In this document: positions 51,095 to 61,919 of the stretch, piece by piece
How positions within the stretch are numbered: the stretch's first letter is position 1
How the letters are laid out: every line of letters starts with the position of its first letter
NCBI RefSeq assembly: GCF_004010195.1
Contig: NC_057739.1
Coordinates: forward strand, 28,323,239-28,387,238
Length of the DNA: 64,000 nt
From: Chiloscyllium plagiosum
Taxonomy: Eukaryota
Reading direction: 5' to 3'
Notes under the pieces: generated by a model
What the model saw: only the letters and a program-made list of their open reading frames with translations
The model's database searches: none
Told to the model about the DNA's origin: nothing
Translations under genes and position numbers: made by a program

Positions 51095-52340
51095 TGCGTG
51101 GGAAATCATGTCTCTCGAACTTGATTGAGTTTTTTGAAAACGTAACAAAGAGGATTGATGAGGGCAGAGTGGTGGACATGATCTATATGGACTTCAGTTA
51201 GGCGTTTAACAAAGTTCCCCCTGGGAGACTGGTTAGCAAGGTTAGATCTCATGAAATACAAGGAGAACTAGCCATTTTGGATACTGAGGTGGCTTAAAGG
51301 TAGAAGACAGAGGGTGGTGGAGGAAGGTTGTTTTTCAGACTGGAGGTCTGTGACCAGTGGAGTGCTACAAGGATCCGTGCTGGGTCTGCTACTTTTTGTC
51401 TTTTATATAAATGATTTGGATGTGAGTATAAGAGGTATAGTTAGTAAGTTTACAGATGACACCAAAACTGGGGTAGTGTTAGTGGACAGCGAAGAAGGTT
51501 ATCTCAGATTACAAAGGGATCTTGATTAGATGGGCCACTAGGCTGAGGAGTGGTAGATGGAGTTTAATTTAGAAAAATGCAAGATGCTGCATTTTGGGAA
51601 AGCAAGTCTTAGCAGGACTTATACACTTAATGGTAAGGTCCTAGGGAGTGTTGCTGAACGAAGAGGCCTTAGAGTGCAGGTTCACAGCTCCTTGAAAATA
51701 AAGTCGCAGGAAGGTAGCATAGTGAAGGCGGTGTTTAGTATGCTTTCCTTTATTGGTCAGAGTGTTGAGTATAGGAGTTGGGAGGTCATGTTGCAGCTGT
51801 ATAGGCCACTTTTGGAATATTGCATGCAATTCTGGTCTCTTTCCTATAGGAATGATGTTGTGAAACTTGAAAAAGTTCAGAAAAGATTTACAAGAATGTT
51901 GCAAGGGTTGGAGGATTTGAACTGTCGAGAGAGGCTGAACAGGCTGGGGCTGTTTTCCCTGGGGCATTGAAGGCTGAGGGGTAACCTCCAGGTTTATAAA
52001 ATTATGGGGGACAGCCTTTTCCCGGGGGTGGGGGAGTCCAGAACTAGAGGGCATAGGTCTAGGGTGAGAGAGGAAGGATATGAGATACCTAAGGGGCAAC
52101 TTTTCTCCAGTAGAGGGTGGTTCGTGTATGGAATGAGCTGTCAGAGGAAGTGGTGGAGGCTGGTAAACTTAACATTTAAAAAGCACCTGGATGGGTATAT
52201 GCATAGGAAGGGTTTAGAGGGATATGGGCCAAGTGCTGGCAGGAGGGACTAGATTGGGTTGGGATATCTGGTCGGCATGGCTGAGTTGGACCGAAGGGTC
52301 TGTTTCCATGCTGTACGTCTCTGTGACTCATGACTCTTTG
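51095..52340 (+). mobile_element. 5'-truncated CR1 LINE
   Basis: SGVLQGSVLGLLLFVFYINDLD..SKFTDDTK, KCKMLHFG, LEKVQKRFTRM; tail tgactcatgactct. Confidence 0.92.
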
Positions 52341-53199
52341 TTTCTGAAGAAATAAGCATTGGAAGATAAAATTGAAAGCTAATCCCGGGCTGCTTGTTCA
52401 TATCCTATTAGCTCATTACAAATGGAAATAGTTGATTTTGGGGATTGCTTGCTTGTCTATCATCTAAGCTAATAAACTTGTGGATTAGACAACTAAAAGA
52501 GAAAAGAGATTTGATACTCTGAAGTATGTCACATCACCTTTAGTATCTTAGAGGGTTTGATTTTAAAAGTCCAGTTATGCTTCAAGAATTGATACACAAT
52601 TTGAATTGTTCAAAATTATTTTGACTGCACAAATTGCAAAGTTGTCAGAATGTAAAGCTAACTTTCTAATTATAGTAAAAACACCTGTGCTTTCTCACAA
52701 ATCATTTCAAGACAAATGATACATTAGTGATCAATGAGAAGCAGAGCTGCATCAGTTAATTCCAAAACTAGAGATGTGCGATTCTTCTTTATTTTGTACC
52801 TATTATTCCTTGAACCGAGGCAAAACAAATTTCTGCAGATTTGAGGCTGGCATGATGCGAGAGGTTAAACAAAGCCTGTGACACTAATAATTTTTGCTGA
52901 CCATTTTCAAAGTTTGATTTTTTTTAAAGTCAGAATAGACATCAAGTCCACTTCAACATCCAACAATCTGATCTATGCACAGCCCATGACTGAGTATATT
53001 GACGTTGTTTGTGTAGTTTTTTTTACCCGCAACTGTAGTGTCCTTATCCCCATCAAATTCTGTTATTGTAGTTCCACCTTCAAACTTGCATGTGCTTCTC
53101 AACTTTGTATGTCAAAAAAAAGTGTTACATATGCATTGATTGATTGATGCAGACAAAATTGCAGACTGTTCAATTTGTGGACTGAGTGGAAGATGCTAT

Positions 53200-53218
53200 T
53201 TGCACCACCTAGTGGCCG
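53200..53218 (-). promoter_or_regulatory. Candidate CTCF site
   Basis: Minus strand CGGCCACTAGGTGGTGCAA fits the CTCF core consensus and lies in non-repeat AT-rich intron sequence. Confidence 0.55.
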
Positions 53219-53589
53219 TTTTGTTAACATCTTTTTGAATTTCCTTTACAGCAAAGAATCAGCATGGAAGGATATGAAATAGTTTGGGCTGAAAAATTCT
53301 TCCAGTTATATAACTGCTTGTCTGAAATTATATCAGTTACTCTTACATGAACTCTCATGTTTTGCTATCTCGTCATAAAATTATTTGTTCGACATAGGTA
53401 ACAACGGCAAAAAGATAATAATTTATTGAAACTTTTTTTAACCAGGTTGAACATTCAATTTAATTTGTTTTCTTCCATGAGTTTTAATATTCATGTGAAT
53501 GAACCTGTTTATATTGAGTCTTTCAAATCTTCAGAGTATCCAAATGCCTTTGTCCCATTAAGTATTCATTGTACCTCAGGCAGTTGTGA

Positions 53590-53750
53590 TAGCTAATTTG
53601 GGAATATGGTCGTGGCATCTTTTAAATTTTTTATCAAGCTGTTTGACATATTATGACACCCCTTCATGGTCATCACATCCTAAAGTGAGATTTGAACCTG
53701 GATCTTCTGGCCCAGAGATAGAGGTACTGTCACTACACCACAAGACCCTC
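53590..53750 (-). mobile_element. Old tRNA-derived SINE head (related remnant at ~61700-61782)
   Basis: Minus strand agggtcttgTGGTGTAGTGAc...ccaGGTTCAAATCtcac contains A- and B-box-like motifs. Confidence 0.6.
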
Positions 53751-54148
53751 ACTGATTTTTGTGTTTATAAGCGATTTCAGATGATTACAGACAGTCTAAG
53801 TGCTACCAGCATGAAAAATGTGGTAATATAACTGTGTTCTCTAGTCAGTTGACAATCCCAAACCAATATAGTTGCTACAATAGTATCGAAGAGGTTTAGA
53901 TTTGATTAATTAAGTGATCGGTTTATCTATCATAAAATTCATAGCTATTGTAAGGTAATTCAAATATAATGTATTGTGCTTCAAAATAATTAAATCATCA
54001 GTGATTTAAATTTAAATATGAGCTTTGTGCTGAAAATATTAAGTTATCCAATTTATAAGCAAATAACATTAAAAGAATATTTCCACAAAAGAATGCCAAA
54101 TCATAGCTTTTTTAAATGCTTCTTGCCTCATATATTTATTTTGTTCAG

Positions 54149-54278
54149 GTGTTGAGCATGCAGCTTGCTGAAAGTGGGCAGGGAGAAGTGCCTGCAGACG
54201 ATGGAAAACTGCATGGCAAACCAGATAAAACTCTGCGTTTTTCCCTCTGTAGTGATAATCTGGAGGGAATATCAGAAG
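54149..54278 (+). CDS. GAPVD1: GAPVD1 coding exon, 130 nt
   Basis: ttgttcag|GTG VLSMQLAESGQGEVPADDGKLHGKPDKTLRFSLCSDNLEGISE G|GTGAGA; phase 0-1. Confidence 0.96.
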
Positions 54279-54721
54279 GTGAGACTTTTCTTGGATTAGT
54301 TAAATACTGAGTTCCATTACCCTAGACCTTGCTGGGATTAGTTCCCTTTTGCTTCACTTGTAAAAAATTTTCTTCTCCTCTTGAAATCCTGAATGATTTT
54401 GCCTCAACGTATCTCAGCTTCCTCCACCCTCGGTTCTTGCCTTCCAGCAATTGTGTCACTCTGAAATTGAATTCTTTGGTGTGTACTCTCTCTTGGCTTG
54501 CCGTTTGTGGCACAGCTTTCTATTACTAATTCTTAAGTTCACAATTTTGTTCTAAGCTCTTCCTTAGTTGCCCTGCTGTCACATTATAAGAATTTCATCA
54601 AAACTTAGCTTTTTGTTTGAATCTTTTCGTAAAACTGGTCAGCCATCTAAGGTTTTTCTATCTCTTTAAATTTGTATTTATCATATATTTTAAATTAGCT
54701 GTCAATATTTCCACCAAACAG

Positions 54722-54847
54722 GACCTTCAAACCGCTCAAATTCTGTATCCTCACTCGACCTGGAAGGAGAATCAGTCTCTGAACTTGGAGCAGGACCTTC
54801 TGGAAGTAATGGTGTTGAAGCTTTGCAGCTTTTGGAACATGAACAAG
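54722..54847 (+). CDS. GAPVD1: GAPVD1 coding exon, 126 nt (last exon found in window; gene continues)
   Basis: aaacag|GA (G)PSNRSNSVSSLDLEGESVSELGAGPSGSNGVEALQLLEHEQ G|GTAAGT; phase 1-1. Confidence 0.96.
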
Positions 54848-54954
54848 GTAAGTCAAACAGAATGGTAACAAAGCACTTTGAAAGCTCAGTCAACCAAACA
54901 GTTGTAAATCAATGATTTATTTAATCTTGATTCCCTAGTTGCTTGCACAGTATT

Positions 54955-57900
54955 CTACTAAGAATATAGAATGGTACAGCACTGGAATAGGCCCTTCAAC
55001 TCATCGTATCTGTGCTAATCATGATGCCATGGTCTATGGTCTGTGTCCCTCTATTACCTGCTTGTTCATTTGTCTGTCTAATTGCCTGTTTAACATTGCT
55101 ACTGTATCTGCTTCGACCAAACCTTCCCCACACCCCTGCAGCATGTTGCAGACACCTACCATTCTGCATAATAAGACTTGCCTCACACATACCCTTTTAA
55201 ACTTTCCCATCTCATCTTAAACCTATTTCCCCTGATATTCGACATGTCTACCCTGGGAAAAGGACTCTGACTATTCACCCTCTCCATGTTTCTCTCAATT
55301 TTTTAATATATCTCTATCAGGTCACCCCCAACCTTTGACAAAAACAAACTTTGACCAACTTCTTCTTACAGCTAGTAGACTCCAATCCAGGCGACATCAT
55401 GCTAAACCTCTTTTGCATCCTCTCCAAAGTCTCCACATCGTTACTGTTGTGTGGCAACCAGAACTGCACACAGTTCTCCAATGTTTTATACAACTTCAAC
55501 TTGATTTGTTTATACTCAATGCCCTGACTAATGAAGACAGGTATGCCGTATACCACCTTTAACACCTTGTGTTGCTATTTTGAAGGAGTCATGGATTTAC
55601 ATGCCATGATCCCTCTGTATAATCAATGCTCATTAGGATCCTGTTGTTTACTGTTTACTTTCCTCTTGCATTTGACCTTCCAAGACACATCATCTCACAA
55701 TTGTCTGTATTAAATCCACTCAACTTCCCAGTAGATCATTATCTTGCTATATCCTTTGACAATCTTAATCGCTGTTCACAGCTCGGTCAATTTTCATGTT
55801 GTCTGCGAAATCAGATTGTCTGCATTTTCATTCTATATATATTAAACAACACCGGTCCCAGCACTGATCCTTGCCGAACATCACTGGTCACAGACCTCCA
55901 GTCAGGAAAGCTAACTTCTATAACCAAGTCAATTTTATGTTCAACTTAACAACTCACTGTGGATCCCATAAGACTCAATCTTTTCATAGTAGGGGCCTTG
56001 TCAAATGTTTTACTAAAGTTCACACAGCATCCACTGTCCTACCCTCATCAATCATCCTCATCACTTCCTCTAAAAACTTGATCACATTTGTAAGACAAGA
56101 CCTCTCCCCCACACAGCCAGGCTGACTATCCCAAATGAGTAAATCCTGTCACTAAGAACCTTCTCCAACAATTTCCCTGCCACTGATGTAGGGTTCACCG
56201 CTGTATAATTTCCTGGATTATTCATGTTGCCTTCCTTATACGAGCAACATTTATAAAATTTATTCATTTTGAGAGTTGAGGGCATCGCTGGCTGGCCAGC
56301 ACTTTTGTTGCCCTTGAGAACGTGGTGGTGAGCTGTCGTCTTGATCTGCTGCTGTCCCAAAAGCTAGTAGGGATGGAATTCCAGGATTTTGGTCAAGTGA
56401 CAGAAGAAACAGCAATACGTTTCCAAGTCAGGATGGTGAGTGGTTTGGAGGGGAACTTGAAGGTGTGAGCGTTCTCAGATATCTACTGCCCTTGTCCTTC
56501 TAGATGGAAGTGGTTGTGGGTTTGCAAGGTGCTGCCTGACCCTTGCAGAATCTGAAAATTTCTGCAGTGTGTTTTGTAAATAGTACACTCTGCTGCAACT
56601 GAGCTTTAGTGCATGTGTGTGGTTGTAATGTCAATTGAGCAAGCTACTTTTCTCCTGGATGATGTCATTCTTCTTGAGTGAGTTGTTGGGGCACCAGTCG
56701 TCCAGACAAGTGGGAAGTAATCCATCCCACTGCTGACATGTGCCTTGTGGATTGTAGACAGGCTGTGGAAAATCGGGAGGTATTAGTCACTTCAGTATTC
56801 CTAGCCTCTGACCTGCTCTTGTAGTCACTGTGTTTATCTGGTGAGTCTTGTTGAGTTTCTGGTCAATGATAACACCGAGGATGGTAATAGTGGGGGAATT
56901 TAATGATGGTAACCCCATTGAGTGTCAAAGGATGGTGGTAAGATTATCTCTTATTAGTCATGGTCATAGCCTGGCATTTGTGTTTCATGAGTGTTACTTG
57001 CTACATGTCACTCTAAGCCTGGATCTTGTTTAATTTGGACGTAGACTGTTTCGGTATCTGAGGTGTTGTGAATGTTGCTGAACATTGTGCAATCATCGGT
57101 GCAAATCCCCATTTTGGACGTTATGATGGAGGGAAGGTCATTGAAGCAGCTGAAGATGATTGGACCCTGGACACTACCCTGAGGAACTCCTGCAGACATG
57201 TCCTGGAGCTGAGATGACTGACTTCCAACAACCACGACCAACTTTGTATGTGACAAGTTTGATGCTAACCATGGGAGAGTTTGCCCCCAGATTTCCATTG
57301 ATTCCAGTTTTGCCAGAGCTCCTTGATGCCACACTCAGTTGAATGCAGCCTTGATATCAAGAGCTGTCACACTCATCTCACCTCTGAAATTCAGCTCTAA
57401 ACCAAGATTGTAATGGAGTCAGGAGCTGAGTGGTCCTGGTAGAACCCAAACATGGTGTCGCTGAGGAAGGTGTCGCTGAGGAGGTGCTGCTTGATAGCAC
57501 TGTTGATGACACCATCCATCACTTTTACTGATGATCAAGAGTAGACTAATGGGATGGTAATTGACTTGGATTTGTCCTGCTTTTTGTTTACAGGACATAG
57601 CTGGACAATTTTCCACTTTGTTAGCTGGATACCAGTGTTGTAACTGTACTGTAACAGCTTAGCTAGGGGAGTGCAAGTTCTAAAGCACAAGTCTTCAGGG
57701 CTATTGCCAGAATGTTGTCAGGGCCTGTAGCTTTTGAAGTATGCAGTCTCTCCAACTGTTTCGTGATATCATGTGAAGTAAATCGAATTGGCTGAAGACT
57801 GGTATCTATAATGTTGGGGACCAATGGAGGAGGCAAAAATGGATCACCCACTTGGCACTTCTGGCTGAAGGTGACTGTGAAAGCATCAGTCTTATCTTTC

Positions 57901-60090
57901 GCACTGATGTGCTAGGCTCTTTCAGCATCGAGGATGGCAATATTTGTGAAACCGCCTCCTTCGGTGAGTTGTTTAATCTTCCACCACTGTTGACCGTTGG
58001 ATGTGGCAGGACTACAGACCTTAGATTTGATCCGTTAGTTGTGGGATTAGTAAGCTCTGTGTATCACATGCTGCTTCTGCTGTTTGACATGCAAGTTGCC
58101 CCACTTGGTGGATTATCCAGGTTGACTCCTCACTTTTCACGTATGCCTGGTACTGCTTCTGGAATGGCTTCCTATGCTATCCATTGAGCCGGGGTTGAGT
58201 GGTGGATATGCCAGGTCATGAGGTTTCAAATTCTGCTGCTGTTGATGGCCCACAGTGTCTCGTGGATGCTCAGTCTTGAGTTGTTAGATTTTTCAAAGTC
58301 TATCCCATTTAGCACAGTGATCACTTATCACAACACAATGTAGGTTGTCCTCAATGTGAGGATGGAACCTCAACTCCACAAGAACTGTGGTGGTGCCTCT
58401 TACCAGTACCATCATGGACAGGTACACCTGCAGCTGACAGATTGGTAAAGATGAGGTCAAGTATATTTTTCCCTCTTGGTTACCTCACTACTTGCCATAG
58501 ACCTAGTCTAGCAACTATATCCTCGAGGACTCAACCAGCTTAATCAGTAGTACTGCTGCTGAGCCACTCTTGGTGGTTTCCCCCACCAGAGTACATTTTG
58601 TACCCTTGTCATCCTACATGCTTCCTGCAAGTGTTGCTCAACACGGAGTACTGACGATTTGTTGGCTGAGGGAGGACAGTACGTGGTAATCTGCAGGAGG
58701 TTTCCTCACGCATATTTAACCTGGAACTATGAGACTTCATGGGTCCCGAATAAATGTTGAGGACTTCCAGGGCAATTCCCACCCAACTGTATACCACTGT
58801 GCCACCACCTTTGCCGGGTGTGTCCTGCTGGTGGGAAGGGACCATCTTCAGGGCTGGTGGTGATGATGTTGATGTCTGGGACATTGTCTGTAAGGTATGA
58901 TTCCGGGACTGTGACTATGTCAGGCAGTTGCTTGATAAGTCTGAGAGACAATTGTCCCAGTTTTGGCACTAGCACCCAGATGTTAGTCAGGAAGACTTTG
59001 CACGGTCAACAAAGCTGTTTCTGCTGTTGTCTTTTCTAATGCCTAGGTCGATGCCAGGTGATCCATCTTAATTTCTTTGAGAGTTTCTTTAAAAGTCCTA
59101 CTTGCTACACCATTTCAGAAAGCAATTGAAAGTCAACTACATTACTGAGTCTGGAGTCACATGTAGGCCACACCAGGTAAAATGGCAGATTTCCTTCCCT
59201 GAAGGATGGTAGTGAACCAGATGTGTTTTTCTAACAATTGATAATGACTTCACATGGTTATCAGTAGATTCTTAATACCAGATTTTTAAAAAATTTAATT
59301 CAAATTCCACCATCTGCCACAGGATTTGATCATTGCCAGAACATTACCTGGGTCTCTGGATTAATAGTCTAGCAATAACACGAATAGGCTATCGCCTTCA
59401 CAAGAATATTAGCTATTCTCCAGTCTTCTGGGACCTCACCTGTGGCTAAAAAGGATGTAGAGTTCCCTGTTCAGCCCCAACAGTCTCCTCCCTTGACTCC
59501 TTCAGTAGCCTGGGAACTTATCTACCTTGATATTTTTCAAAATACCCAGTACCATGTCCTTAATATCAATGTGCCCTAGAATATTGACATAGCCCTCACT
59601 AATTATCCAGTGAATTCCGATGCAAAGTGCTCATTAAGGCCTTCACCCACCAAATTCCTCTGCATAAATTCCCCCCTGTCCTTGAGTGGACCTACCCTTT
59701 CCCTAGCTACCCTCCTGCCCCTAATATACATATAAATGCCTTGGAATTCTTCATAATCCTACTTATCAAGGACACTTTTTGGCCACAGGGTACTCTGCAC
59801 TGCTTGCCTGCCTGCCCCTCGTGGCAGTCACCCATCTATATAGCTGAAGCTTCATTGTGGCCATACCCCTGAAGTTCCAATCCACAAAATATTATGCCTC
59901 CTATCTGCTGTCAATGAGTCCAACCAATCCATCCGCTTTGAGTGGAGCTGCAGCTGGACATGCTGCTTCCTGGAAACACAGTTGTCAGGGGCATTTGAGG
60001 ACTTTCTGAAATCCCACATGTCATAGGAGGAGCATGCCACTCTGCTAATTGCCATTACTGCCCCTCTAAGTACTGCAACAGTCCTTGCTC
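54955..60090 (-). mobile_element. Older CR1 with internal deletions (54955-56250, 59405-60090) hosting the LINE at 56251-59399
   Basis: LYKTLENCVQFW..LERMQKRF and NPGNYTAVNPTSVAGKLLEK. The sequence resumes at 59405; ORF1 N-terminal CSSYDMWDF motif at ~60000. Confidence 0.8.
56251..59399 (-). mobile_element. Near full-length decayed CR1-group LINE with tRNA-like head and no evident ORF1
   Basis: Head homologous to 34014-34280. EN (KQLPDIVTVPESYL, GGGTVVYS) and RT (KATGPDNI, NYHPISLL, AGVPQGSVQGP, CTDDCTMF) remnants; family tail at ~56255-56310. Confidence 0.88.
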
Positions 60091-61313
60091 GTCGCCCTCT
60101 TCCAACGCTTTCACTCAACCCACATTATTGAGTTTTACATGAATTCTTGCATTTTCTGGGATCACAAACTATAAACCAATGGTATAGATGCTGATGTGGA
60201 GATCTTGCAGTACTTCCTATTATATGTTAATTGGGTGTTTGATCAAGTTGTGGGCATGAATGAGGGATGCATGTATCCTACATATAAATGACTGAACTGT
60301 TGGTTAGGAGGGATGTGTTTGCAATATGTGTCTCTAAATAAAACCTAGTGTCTGAAGACTGGACTTGTTCCAATCAATATAATACTTTCAATTTCAATCT
60401 TAAAGAAGTATGATAGGTTTTGTCAAGTTATGTTGGGTTTATTTTTTGAGCAATTTAGAACTTTGACAAATAACAGCAAAGTGCTGGAGGAACTCCAGAT
60501 CTACTCCTATCTGTGGAGAAAGAAAGCGTTAACATTTTGAGTCCAATGGTGCTTCCAAAGTTTGTCAGCCCTCTTTGGATGGTGAGCACTCTGTTGTTGA
60601 GAAATATTGATTTTGGTTTCAGTGACATCAAAAAAACGTTACCATGATTTGTGTTTGAAACAGTTAAATTGGATGGAGTGGTTTCTTTGGAGATCTGATA
60701 CTCTGTGGCTTGGTACATGCAGCAGCTTTTGTATATATATATATATATTTACATGGCAGGAAAGGAGGCCTTTGTTGAGAAGTCTGGAGTTTGGTAGTAT
60801 ATTTCCTGAACTTCCCTACCATGTCTATCTGGACTGCTTTTTCAGTTGTCAGTAAATACTTGGGTAAGAAATGAGTGATTTCTTCTTTGGCTGTCTCTGA
60901 TCTGTGCCCACAGGGTAGAGAATAAATACTTTGTCAGATACAGGTCCATTGCTTAAATTCATTTAATTTCACTTAATTCTTTCTCTTGCACCAGTCCCTC
61001 TTGGCAATTGTGGTCTGTAAGTTTGTTTAGTGGGAAAATTGTCTTAACAGCTTGTCACTGTTAAGATTGCATATATACTATTTTTGTTTAATTTGGACTG
61101 TTGTTTATGTAATAAATGTGCTCCTGTAAGACTCCTGTTTTGATGCTATGGATCTGAAAGATTGTTTTATTCTTGTCAAAGGTCTTGCGTCTCTTTCAAA
61201 AATTGCACAACTGTGCGGTTGTAGTTTCTCCTTGGCTTTGGAATGATCCTAATGGTGCAAACTCTTGGCAAGTGGGAGCCAAGATGTGCATATTTTATTT
61301 GCCCATTAATTGC

Positions 61314-61559
61314 TAAATAATCAAGAGCTGAAAATGTGTTGCTGGAAAAGCGCAGCAGGTCAGGCAGCATCCAAGGAACAGAAGAATCGACGTTTCGGGC
61401 ATAAGCTCTTCAGGAATTCCGGAAGAAGGCCTTATGCCCGAAATGTCGATTCTCCTGTTCCTTGGATACTGCCTGACCTGCTGCGCTTTTCCAGCAACAC
61501 ATTTTCAGCTCTGATCTCCAGCATCTGCAGTCCTCACTTTCTCCTTAAATAATCAAGAG
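61314..61559. mobile_element. PLE family-1 palindromic mini-element, diverged arms, 14-bp TSD
   Basis: TSD TAAATAATCAAGAG at 61314-61327 and 61546-61559; centre GAATTC at 61414-61419; tail on the right side. Confidence 0.92.
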
Positions 61560-61919
61560 AGCTTGTGTATAGTGATATCACGACAAGAATAGTTTTCTTT
61601 TGAGCCATATCTTTTCGTCTGTTACAACATTAGGGTGTAGAGGACATTTATGTTTTCTGCTCCTGGTCTCTGTCTAATCAACCTGTTCCAAGTTATGATA
61701 GCTTGCATTTGGAGCAGATTGAACCTGAAGCTGGTCTTCTGGCTCAGAGGTCGGAACAGTACCACTGCACTGCAAAAGCCCTGGTAGGATGCTTATTTAT
61801 CTCAGTAAGCTGCTTTATCAACAGTGACATGTACCTCTAGTTCATTATAGTCACATTTGTGGTGTGAATTTCATGTAATTTTGCAGAATTTGTTGATTTC
61901 ATGTTGACCTAATAATATA

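Noticed and set aside
60190-60385. Short LTR-like block with TATAAAT and AATAAA
   Set aside because: Termini are unresolved, and such motifs are common in AT-rich DNA.
5150-61559. CRISPR-like repeats or class II MITEs
   Set aside because: The copies are dispersed, not arrayed. Variable 11-16 bp TSDs, a one-sided tail and identity with PLE 3' ends indicate Penelope origin.
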